Below, one piece after another: positions 23,008 through 34,582 of a stretch of 64,000 nucleotides of DNA. Both the position numbers and the translations under genes were made by a program. The DNA comes from Phaeosaccion multiseriatum (Eukaryota > Protista > Ochrophyta, other classes), in the NCBI GenBank assembly GCA_965112735.1, contig OZ218956.1, forward strand, positions 806,001 through 870,000, read 5' to 3'. Within the stretch, counting starts at the first letter, position 1; the number at the start of each line of letters is the position of its first letter. The notes under the pieces are model-generated. The model was not told the DNA's origin. It saw only the letters and a program-made list of their open reading frames with translations, and did no database searches.

Positions 23008-26000
23008 GGGGAGGGGGGGGGTCCGATGGAGGCTCAGCTCTCAGGACAAACAGCAACCGCAAGGCGGTTAGTACCAGCGTCAAAGGTGGCAGCATGGATG
23101 CGAAGGCAGCTATTCGGGCTGTTGGAAGGAACCGGAGAGCCCTTTGATCGTGGTTGGCGCCTCGAGTTTGCGTGTGGAGCGGATATGGGACCTGTGGCCA
23201 TAACAGCGAACCGATGGGCGACAAGAGAGGCACAGCATACGAGGGAGAATTGAGAATTGGAAGGCGGCATTGGGAGTGTACGGTACTCGCATTTCGGGAG
23301 GTACGGCAGCGTTTGGTGACCGTCTACGGAGTGTACGGCGATGTACGTCGTCCGGTGCTGAAGGAAATTGGGGCATTGAGCAATCTGGCTACTTATCTGT
23401 AATGGACGGCGGAAGCATGATGTTTGGTCGTTCACAACAGCTATGGAGTGGAAGTCGGGGCCTGCCTGTGATGCAGAAGAGAAGGTGATGGTTTTTTCGG
23501 CGTTGGGGCTCGTGAGCGGTGTGAACATGGAGGATGGGAGAGAACAGGGCTTGTGGCTCGCTCTCCTTGCACGACTTACTTCCGGTAGTATGGATGGACT
23601 ACCCTCTTGCTATCGTGCTCGGTGGTCGAGGGATTGGTGCGGCCGCGCTTGAGATATTGGACTTGTTCATTTTTCGGGCCCGCAGCACCGAGGTGTTTGG
23701 CATTCGCTGTATTGCTCAGCTGGTACAGCGGAAGTCCACGGCGGACGGTTGGAATCGCAGCAGAGTGGTCTTGGTACGGCGTGTGCAGAAGGGTAACTTC
23801 TACGAGTTGATGTTCGAAGAGCTTGGAGCGGAAAACATGAGCGCTCCTGTGAGGGCATTTTCGGCTTTTCTACAGGGGTTGGATATATGGACACCTTTGG
23901 ATCTGTGACTCCGAAAAGAATCCGAATTTGCTGGTTTGGGCGCGCCTTGCTGCTTCCACCCGCCGTGCCAGAGGACTGCGCAGTGTATTTCGCTCAGTGG
24001 CTCGCCCCCCCCCCCGCACACCATCCCAAGCGAGTGGGGGGTGTGTGATGGTCAGCAGGGGGCGTGCGAAGGGACCTCTTCAAAGGACACTGACTCTGCC
24101 CGTGGCGACACCAGCGGCTCCTCCCTCGCCATCATTCCTCCCCCAGCAGCGGGGAGCGCAGCCCTTGGCAACAGCACCAGCAGCCCTACACCGGTACACG
24201 CGGCGGGTGTTTGTATGTGTGTGTGTACTGGTGTGCGTCTGTGTCTACTGTTGCCCCTGTATGTGTATTATTATGTCTGTGTGCGTATGAATGTTTGTGT
24301 ATCTTTGTGTTTTGTGTACCGGCCGACTACGATCGGGAGAGTGGGCTCTCGACTAGGCTGGGGCAGGTGCTGCTGCACCCTCGCAGCGCACCGGTGGGTA
24401 CTCGGATGGGTGGGGGTGAAGCGGGACTTGGGGTGCTCACTGCGGTGGCACCCCAAGCTCCACTACATCCGAAACCCGGTGCCCGCCTCCCTCCATGGAG
24501 GCGGCCCCCTTGGAGGCGCTCTGCGCTCCCAAGGTGGGAGTCCCTCACGGGACTGCCCCCCCCTACTAATGATGAGTCCTTCCCCCAACGTTAGCTACCC
24601 CTGGTCCACGACCTCTCCACCTGCGGAGCAGGTGGCCACTTGGGAGCCCAGCCCTATTCCTCTTGGCCTCGAACAGCCGGCTACGGCGTGGATGTGGATA
24701 GTCCTCAGCTTGCATACTGCGACGCCTTGGAGCGGGAGTCGGACATCTCCCGGGCCCTCGCCTACGACTGAAGGGAGGAGGCCTCCCACTGGCTTCCCAC
24801 CTTCGCCCGAGCGCCGCGACGGCGCGAAAGCCTGTTCAGCAGCGCAGCAACGGAACTTTGTTTCTCGCGGAACAGAGACGAGGAAGAGGTGGGAGACATG
24901 GGAGCCAGCAGGGCGAAGCGTCAGCGTAGGTGCTTGGTACCGCCCCAAGGGGGGGGGTCCCCTCTGGGGAGATGTACAGTATGTCAGTGAAGCAGGGAAT
25001 TTAGATTTTTCAGAAGAGGAGAGACCTTGGCGTGTGCTGTCACTTACTGAGGCGGCGGAGACAGAGCCCAGGAAGAGTGGAGCACACTGTCAAGGAGGAG
25101 AGTAGATACTGGTGTGGTGGAAAGCGAGCCTCTTGTCCTGGGCCCGGACAGAGCGCTTGTGTCGGCCAAGGGGACCCGCCTGGTGTTGAGTACCGGGGTC
25201 CTCGTGGGCGAGGGAAGGACAGATAGGGAGACTGTGTCTGGTGTTGAGTGCCGACAGTGTCCACGGTGTTGAGTGCCGGAACTCTTCTTTTCTTTCCCAC
25301 CCACCCACCCTCAGTCTTAGTTTTAGTTTTAGATACTCATACATTATGGGGGTGAAGCGGGACTTGGGGTGCTCACTGCGGTGGCACCCCAAGCTCCACT
25401 ACATCCGAAACCCGGTGCCCGCCTCCCTCCATGGAGGCGGCCCCCTTGGAGGCGCTCTGCGCTCCCAAGGTGGGAGTCCCTCACGGGACTGCCCCCCCCT
25501 ACTAATGATGAGTCCTTCCCCCAACGTTAGCTACCCCTGGTCCACGACCTCTCCACCTGCGGAGCAGGTGGCCACTTGGGAGCCCAGCCCTATTCCTCTT
25601 GGCCTCGAACAGCCGGCTACGGCGTGGATGTGGATAGTCCTCAGCTTGCATACTGCGACGCCTTGGAGCGGGAGTCGGACATCTCCCGGGCCCTCGCCTA
25701 CGACTGAAGGGAGGAGGCCTCCCACTGGCTTCCCACCTTCGCCCGAGCGCCGCGACGGCGCGAAGCCCAAAGTCCGCATTTGTGGGGCACACACAGCCCG
25801 ACCGACGCGTTTGCTGGCCACAACATGCCCACTCCGGGCATTGGCTCAGCACAACAGGCCGAACTGAGATACTACATTGCCACAACAGCGCCAAGTGGGG
25901 CCTTGGATGGGCTCAAATGGCCCAATCTGGCTCTGTGCTGGGATCAAGAAAGCCCAAAGCCCGCATTTGTGGGGCACACACAGCCCGAACGACGCGTTTG

Positions 26001-27910
26001 CTGGCCACAACATGCCGACCCCGGGCATTGGCTCAGCACAACAGGCCGAACTGAGATACTACATTGCCACAACAGCGCCAAGTGGGGCCTTGGATGGGCT
26101 CAAATGGCCCAATCTGGCTCTGTGCTGGGATCAAAAAAGCCCAAAGCCCGAACAACGCGTTTGCTGGCCACAACATGCCCACTCCGGGCATTGGCTCAGC
26201 ACAACAGGCCGAACTGAGATACTACATTGCCACAACAGCGCCAAGTGGGGCCTTGGATGGGCTCAAATGGCCCAATCTGGCTCTGTGCTGGGATCAATAA
26301 AGCCCAAAGCCCGCATTTGTGGGGCACACACAGCCCGAACGACGCGTTTGCTGGCCACAACATGCCGACCCCGGGCATTGGCTCAGCACAACAGGCCTAA
26401 CTGAGATACTACATCGCCACAACAGCGCCAAGTGGGGCCTTGGATGGGCTCAAATGGCCCAATCTGGCTCTGTGCTGGGATCAAAAAAGCCCAAAGCCCG
26501 AACAACGCGTTTGCTGGCCACAACATGCCCACTCCGGGCATTGGCTCAGCACAACAGGCCGAACTGAGATACTACATTGCCACAACAGCGCCAAGTGGGG
26601 CCTTGGATGGGCTCAAATGGCCCAATCTGGCTCTGTGCTGGGATCAATAAAGCCCAAAGCCCGCATTTGTGGGGCACACACAGCCCGAACGACGCGTTTG
26701 CTGGCCACAACATGCCGACCCCGGGCATTGGCTCAGCACAACAGGCCTAACTGAGATACTACATTGCCACAACAGCGCCAAGTGGGGCCTTGGATGGGCT
26801 CAAATGGCCCAATCTGGCTCTGTGCTGGGATCAAAAAAGCCCAAAGCCCGAACAACGCGTTTGCTGGCCACAACATGCCCACTCCGGGCATTGGCTTAGC
26901 ACAACAGGCCCAACTAAAATACTACATTGCCACAACAGCGCCAAGTGGGGCATTGGATGGGCTCAAATGGCCCAATCTGGCTCTGTGCTGGGATCAAGAA
27001 AGCCCAAGGCCCGCATTTGTGGGGCACACACAGCCCGACCGACGCGTTTGCTGGCCACAACATGCCCACTCCGGGCGTTGGCTCAGCACAACAGGCCCAA
27101 CTGAGATACTACATTGCCACAACAGCGCCAAGTGGGGCCTTGGATGGGCTCAAATGGCCCAATCTGGCTCTGTGCTGGGATCAAAAAAGCCCAAAGTCCG
27201 CATTTGTGGGGCACACAAAGCCCGACCGACGCGTTTGCTGGCCACAACATGCCCACTCCGGGCATTGGCTTAGCACAACAGGCCGAACTGAGATACTACA
27301 TTGCCACAACAGCGCCAAGTGGGGCCTTGGATGGACTCAAATGGCCCAATCTGGCTCTGTGCTGGGATCAAAAAAGCCCAAAGTCCGCATTTGTGGGGCA
27401 TACACAGCCCGACCGACGCGTTTGCTGGCCACAACATGCCCACTCCGGGCATTGGCTCAGCACAACAGGCCGAACTGAGATACTACATTGCCACAACAGC
27501 GCCAAGTGGGGCCTTGGATGGGCTCAAATGGCCCAATCTGGCTCTGTGCTGGGATCAGAAAAGCCCAAGGCCCGCATTTGTGGGGCACACACAGCCCGAC
27601 CGACGCGTTTGCTGGCCACAACACGCCCACTCCGGGCATCGGCTCAGCACAACAGGCCCAACTGAGATACTACATTGCCACAACAGCGCCAAGTGGGGCC
27701 TTGGATGGACTCAAATGGCCCAATCTGGCTCTGTGCTGGGATCAAAAAAGCCCAAAGCCCGAACAACGCGTTTGCTGGCCACAACATGCCCACTCCGGGC
27801 ATTGGCTTAGCACAACAGGCCCAACTGGGATACTACATTGCCACAACAGCGCCAAGTGGGGCCTTGGATGGGCTCAAATGGCCCAATCTGGCTCTGTGCT
27901 GGGATCAAAA

Positions 27911-28845
27911 AAGCCTGTTCAGCAGCGCAGCAACGGAACTTTGTTTCTCGCGGAACAGAGACGAGGAAGAGGTGGGAGACATGGGAGCCAGCAGGGCGAA
28001 GCGTCAGCGTAGGTGCTTGGTACCGCCCCAAGGGGGGGGTCCCCTCTGGGGAGATGTACAGTATGTCAGTGAAGCAGGGAATTTAGATTTTTCAGAAGAG
28101 GAGAGACCTTGGCGTGTGCTGTCACTTACTGAGGCGGCGGAGACAGAGCCCAGGAAGAGTGGAGCACACTGTCAAGGAGGAGAGTAGATACTGGTGTGGT
28201 GGAAAGCGAGCCTCTTGTCCTGGGCCCGGACAGAGCGCTTGTGTCGGCCAAGGGGACCCGCCTGGTGTTGAGTACCGGGGTCCTCGTGGGCGAGGGAAGG
28301 ACAGATAGGGAGACTGTGTCTGGTGTTGAGTGCCGACAGTGTCCACGGTGTTGAGTGCCGGAACTCTTCTTTTCTTTCCCACCCACCCACCCTCAGTCTT
28401 AGTTTTAGTTTTAGATACTCATACATTATGGGGGTGAAGCGGGACTTGGGGTGCTCACTGCGGTGGCACCCCAAGCTCCACTACATCCGAAACCCGGTGC
28501 CCGCCTCCCTCCATGGAGGCGGCCCCCTTGGAGGCGCTCTGCGCTCCCAAGGTGGGAGTCCCTCACGGGACTGCCCCCCCCTACTAATGATGAGTCCTTC
28601 CCCCAACGTTAGCTACCCCTGGTCCACGACCTCTCCACCTGCGGAGCAGGTGGCCACTTGGGAGCCCAGCCCTATTCCTCTTGGCCTCGAACAGCCGGCT
28701 ACGGCGTGGATGTGGATAGTCCTCAGCTTGCATACTGCGACGCCTTGGAGCGGGAGTCGGACATCTCCCGGGCCCTCGCCTACGACTGAAGGGAGGAGGC
28801 CTCCCACTGGCTTCCCACCTTCGCCCGAGCGCCGCGACGGCGCGA
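27911..28845 (+). mobile_element. Solo A-spacer-B remnant of family 2
   Basis: Near-identical to 24828-25763, but joined directly to satellite on the left. Confidence 0.9.
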
Positions 28846-30991
28846 AGCCCAAAGTCCGCATTTGTGGGGCACACACAGCCCGACCGACGCGTTTGCTGGC
28901 CACAACATGCCCACTCCGGGCATTGGCTCAGCACAACAGGCCGAACTGAGATACTACATTGCCACAACAGCGCCAAGTGGGGCCTTGGATGGGCTCAAAT
29001 GGCCCAATCTGGCTCTGTGCTGGGATCAAGAAAGCCCAAAGCCCGCATTTGTGGGGCACACACAGCCCGAACGACGCGTTTGCTGGCCACAACATGCCGA
29101 CCCCGGGCATTGGCTCAGCACAACAGGCCGAACTGAGATACTACATTGCCACAACAGCGCCAAGTGGGGCCTTGGATGGGCTCAAATGGCCCAATCTGGC
29201 TCTGTGCTGGGATCAAAAAAGCCCAAAGCCCGAACAACGCGTTTGCTGGCCACAACATGCCCACTCCGGGCATTGGCTCAGCACAACAGGCCGAACTGAG
29301 ATACTACATTGCCACAACAGCGCCAAGTGGGGCCTTGGATGGGCTCAAATGGCCCAATCTGGCTCTGTGCTGGGATCAATAAAGCCCAAAGCCCGCATTT
29401 GTGGGGCACACACAGCCCGAACGACGCGTTTGCTGGCCACAACATGCCGACCCCGGGCATTGGCTCAGCACAACAGGCCTAACTGAGATACTACATCGCC
29501 ACAACAGCGCCAAGTGGGGCCTTGGATGGGCTCAAATGGCCCAATCTGGCTCTGTGCTGGGATCAAAAAGCCCAAAGCCCGAACAACGCGTTTGCTGGCC
29601 ACAACATGCCCACTCCGGGCATTGGCTCAGCACAACAGGCCGAACTGAGATACTACATTGCCACAACAGCGCCAAGTGGGGCCTTGGATGGGCTCAAATG
29701 GCCCAATCTGGCTCTGTGCTGGGATCAATAAAGCCCAAAGCCCGCATTTGTGGGGCACACACAGCCCGAACGACGCGTTTGCTGGCCACAACATGCCGAC
29801 CCCGGGCATTGGCTCAGCACAACAGGCCTAACTGAGATACTACATTGCCACAACAGCGCCAAGTGGGGCCTTGGATGGGCTCAAATGGCCCAATCTGGCT
29901 CTGTGCTGGGATCAAAAAAGCCCAAAGCCCGAACAACGCGTTTGCTGGCCACAACATGCCCACTCCGGGCATTGGCTTAGCACAACAGGCCCAACTAAAA
30001 TACTACATTGCCACAACAGCGCCAAGTGGGGCATTGGATGGGCTCAAATGGCCCAATCTGGCTCTGTGCTGGGATCAAGAAAGCCCAAGGCCCGCATTTG
30101 TGGGGCACACACAGCCCGACCGACGCGTTTGCTGGCCACAACATGCCCACTCCGGGCGTTGGCTCAGCACAACAGGCCCAACTGAGATACTACATTGCCA
30201 CAACAGCGCCAAGTGGGGCCTTGGATGGGCTCAAATGGCCCAATCTGGCTCTGTGCTGGGATCAAAAAAGCCCAAAGTCCGCATTTGTGGGGCACACAAA
30301 GCCCGACCGACGCGTTTGCTGGCCACAACATGCCCACTCCGGGCATTGGCTTAGCACAACAGGCCGAACTGAGATACTACATTGCCACAACAGCGCCAAG
30401 TGGGGCCTTGGATGGACTCAAATGGCCCAATCTGGCTCTGTGCTGGGATCAAAAAAGCCCAAAGTCCGCATTTGTGGGGCATACACAGCCCGACCGACGC
30501 GTTTGCTGGCCACAACATGCCCACTCCGGGCATTGGCTCAGCACAACAGGCCGAACTGAGATACTACATTGCCACAACAGCGCCAAGTGGGGCCTTGGAT
30601 GGGCTCAAATGGCCCAATCTGGCTCTGTGCTGGGATCAGAAAAGCCCAAGGCCCGCATTTGTGGGGCACACACAGCCCGACCGACGCGTTTGCTGGCCAC
30701 AACACGCCCACTCCGGGCATCGGCTCAGCACAACAGGCCCAACTGAGATACTACATTGCCACAACAGCGCCAAGTGGGGCCTTGGATGGACTCAAATGGC
30801 CCAATCTGGCTCTGTGCTGGGATCAAAAAAGCCCAAAGCCCGAACAACGCGTTTGCTGGCCACAACATGCCCACTCCGGGCATTGGCTTAGCACAACAGG
30901 CCCAACTGGGATACTACATTGCCACAACAGCGCCAAGTGGGGCCTTGGATGGGCTCAAATGGCCCAATCTGGCTCTGTGCTGGGATCAAAA

Positions 30992-31926
30992 AAGCCTGTT
31001 CAGCAGCGCAGCAACGGAACTTTGTTTCTCGCGGAACAGAGACGAGGAAGAGGTGGGAGACATGGGAGCCAGCAGGGCGAAGCGTCAGCGTAGGTGCTTG
31101 GTACCGCCCCAAGGGGGGGGTCCCCTCTGGGGAGATGTACAGTATGTCAGTGAAGCAGGGAATTTAGATTTTTCAGAAGAGGAGAGACCTTGGCGTGTGC
31201 TGTCACTTACTGAGGCGGCGGAGACAGAGCCCAGGAAGAGTGGAGCACACTGTCAAGGAGGAGAGTAGATACTGGTGTGGTGGAAAGCGAGCCTCTTGTC
31301 CTGGGCCCGGACAGAGCGCTTGTGTCGGCCAAGGGGACCCGCCTGGTGTTGAGTACCGGGGTCCTCGTGGGCGAGGGAAGGAGAGATAGGGAGACTGTGT
31401 CTGGTGTTGAGTGCCGACAGTGTCCACGGTGTTGAGTGCCGGAACTCTTCTTTTCTTTCCCACCCACCCACCCTCAGTCTTAGTTTTAGTTTTAGATACT
31501 CATACATTATGGGGGTGAAGCGGGACTTGGGGTGCTCACTGCGGTGGCACCCCAAGCTCCACTACATCCGAAACCCGGTGCCCGCCTCCCTCCATGGAGG
31601 CGGCCCCCTTGGAGGCGCTCTGCGCTCCCAAGGTGGGAGTCCCTCACGGGACTGCCCCCCCCTACTAATGATGAGTCCTTCCCCCAACGTTAGCTACCCC
31701 TGGTCCACGACCTCTCCACCTGCGGAGCAGGTGGCCACTTGGGAGCCCAGCCCTATTCCTCTTGGCCTCGAACAGCCGGCTACGGCGTGGATGTGGATAG
31801 TCCTCAGCTTGCATACTGCGACGCCTTGGAGCGGGAGTCGGACATCTCCCGGGCCCTCGCCTACGACTGAAGGGAGGAGGCCTCCCACTGGCTTCCCACC
31901 TTCGCCCGAGCGCCGCGACGGCGCGA
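30992..31926 (+). mobile_element. Solo A-spacer-B remnant of family 2
   Basis: Near-identical to 27911-28845, with the same satellite junctions. Confidence 0.9.
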
Positions 31927-33885
31927 AGCCCAAAGTCCGCATTTGTGGGGCACACACAGCCCGACCGACGCGTTTGCTGGCCACAACATGCCCACTCCGG
32001 GCATTGGCTCAGCACAACAGGCCGAACTGAGATACTACATTGCCACAACAGCGCCAAGTGGGGCCTTGGATGGGCTCAAATGGCCCAATCTGGCTCTGTG
32101 CTGGGATCAAAAAAGCCCAAAGCCCGAACAACGCGTTTGCTGGCCACAACATGCCCACTCCGGGCATTGGCTCAGCACAACAGGCCGAACTGAGATACTA
32201 CATTGCCACAACAGCGCCAAGTGGGGCCTTGGATGGGCTCAAATGGCCCAATCTGGCTCTGTGCTGGGATCAATAAAGCCCAAAGCCCGCATTTGTGGGG
32301 CACACACAGCCCGAACGACGCGTTTGCTGGCCACAACATGCCGACCCCGGGCATTGGCTCAGCACAACAGGCCTAACTGAGATACTACATCGCCACAACA
32401 GCGCCAAGTGGGGCCTTGGATGGGCTCAAATGGCCCAATCTGGCTCTGTGCTGGGATCAAAAAGCCCAAAGCCCGAACAACGCGTTTGCTGGCCACAACA
32501 TGCCCACTCCGGGCATTGGCTCAGCACAACAGGCCGAACTGAGATACTACATTGCCACAACAGCGCCAAGTGGGGCCTTGGATGGGCTCAAATGGCCCAA
32601 TCTGGCTCTGTGCTGGGATCAATAAAGCCCAAAGCCCGCATTTGTGGGGCACACACAGCCCGAACGACGCGTTTGCTGGCCACAACATGCCGACCCCGGG
32701 CATTGGCTCAGCACAACAGGCCTAACTGAGATACTACATTGCCACAACAGCGCCAAGTGGGGCCTTGGATGGGCTCAAATGGCCCAATCTGGCTCTGTGC
32801 TGGGATCAAAAAAGCCCAAAGCCCGAACAACGCGTTTGCTGGCCACAACATGCCCACTCCGGGCATTGGCTTAGCACAACAGGCCCAACTAAAATACTAC
32901 ATTGCCACAACAGCGCCAAGTGGGGCATTGGATGGGCTCAAATGGCCCAATCTGGCTCTGTGCTGGGATCAAGAAAGCCCAAGGCCCGCATTTGTGGGGC
33001 ACACACAGCCCGACCGACGCGTTTGCTGGCCACAACATGCCCACTCCGGGCGTTGGCTCAGCACAACAGGCCCAACTGAGATACTACATTGCCACAACAG
33101 CGCCAAGTGGGGCCTTGGATGGGCTCAAATGGCCCAATCTGGCTCTGTGCTGGGATCAAAAAAGCCCAAAGTCCGCATTTGTGGGGCACACAAAGCCCGA
33201 CCGACGCGTTTGCTGGCCACAACATGCCCACTCCGGGCATTGGCTTAGCACAACAGGCCGAACTGAGATACTACATTGCCACAACAGCGCCAAGTGGGGC
33301 CTTGGATGGACTCAAATGGCCCAATCTGGCTCTGTGCTGGGATCAAAAAAGCCCAAAGTCCGCATTTGTGGGGCATACACAGCCCGACCGACGCGTTTGC
33401 TGGCCACAACATGCCCACTCCGGGCATTGGCTCAGCACAACAGGCCGAACTGAGATACTACATTGCCACAACAGCGCCAAGTGGGGCCTTGGATGGGCTC
33501 AAATGGCCCAATCTGGCTCTGTGCTGGGATCAGAAAAGCCCAAGGCCCGCATTTGTGGGGCACACACAGCCCGACCGACGCGTTTGCTGGCCACAACACG
33601 CCCACTCCGGGCATCGGCTCAGCACAACAGGCCCAACTGAGATACTACATTGCCACAACAGCGCCAAGTGGGGCCTTGGATGGACTCAAATGGCCCAATC
33701 TGGCTCTGTGCTGGGATCAAAAAAGCCCAAAGCCCGAACAACGCGTTTGCTGGCCACAACATGCCCACTCCGGGCATTGGCTTAGCACAACAGGCCCAAC
33801 TGGGATACTACATTGCCACAACAGCGCCAAGTGGGGCCTTGGATGGGCTCAAATGGCCCAATCTGGCTCTGTGCTGGGATCAAAA

Positions 33886-34582
33886 AAGCCTGTTCAGCAG
33901 CGCAGCAACGGAACTTTGTTTCTCGCGGAACAGAGACGAGGAAGAGGTGGGAGACATGGGAGCCAGCAGGGCGAAGCGTCAGCGTAGGTGCTTGGTACCG
34001 CCCCAAGGGGGGGGGTCCCCTCTGGGGAGATGTACAGTATGTCAGTGAAGCAGGGAATTTAGATTTTTCAGAAGAGGAGAGACCTTGGCGTGTGCTGTCA
34101 CTTACTGAGGCGGCGGAGACAGAGCCCAGGAAGAGTGGAGCACACTGTCAAGGAGGAGAGTAGATACTGGTGTGGTGGAAAGCGAGCCTCTTGTCCTGGG
34201 CCCGGACAGAGCGCTTGTGTCGGCCAAGGGGACCCGCCTGGTGTTGAGTACCGGGGTCCTCGTGGGCGAGGGAAGGAGAGATAGGGAGACTGTGTCTGGT
34301 GTTGAGTGCCGACAGTGTCCACGGTGTTGAGTGCCGGAACTCTTCTTTTCTTTCCCACCCACCCACCCTCAGTCTTAGTTTTAGTTTTAGATACTCATAC
34401 ATTATGGGGGTGAAGCGGGACTTGGGGTGCTCACTGCGGTGGCACCCCAAGCTCCACTACATCCGAAACCCGGTGCCCGCCTCCCTCCATGGAGGCGGCC
34501 CCCTTGGAGGCGCTCTGCGCTCCCAAGGTGGGAGTCCCTCACGGGACTGCCCCCCCCTACTAATGATGAGTCCTTCCCCCCC
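33886..34582 (+). mobile_element. Solo A-spacer-B remnant of family 2, truncated in B
   Basis: B stops at ...gagtccttccccccc and joins satellite ggatgggctc. Confidence 0.9.

Larger units (their letters stand above)
20066..25763 (+). mobile_element. Non-autonomous split-direct-repeat YR element, family 2: A1 20066-20536, internal region 20537-24410, B1 24411-24827, A2 24828-25298, spacer, B2 25347-25763
   Basis: Near-identical A1/A2 and B1/B2 repeats in the canonical A1..B1A2B2 order. Its termini are homologous to family 1. No RT or YR ORF was found inside. The satellite resumes in register on both sides. Confidence 0.9.
24828..34582. repeat. Higher-order repeat of ~3.08 kb: a 934-bp A-spacer-B module plus 12 satellite monomers (8x187 + 4x163), about 3.2 copies
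   Basis: Periods of 3082, 3081 and ~2894 bp (the third unit lacks one 187-mer), with the same order of monomer variants in each unit. Confidence 0.93.

Noticed and set aside
23420-23450. Intein-like C-terminal motif LVVHNS / LVIHNS in the shared cargo
   Set aside because: The frame is riddled with stops and no N-terminal intein block was found. Probably chance.
24560-24600. Hammerhead ribozyme core (atgatgagtcc)
   Set aside because: Lacks the C of CUGANGA and a downstream stem II-GAAA. The region was kept only as an unclassified structure.
25310-25335. Telomeric repeat (ttttag)n
   Set aside because: Only 2-3 imperfect units lacking the G-run, and they belong to the element spacer.
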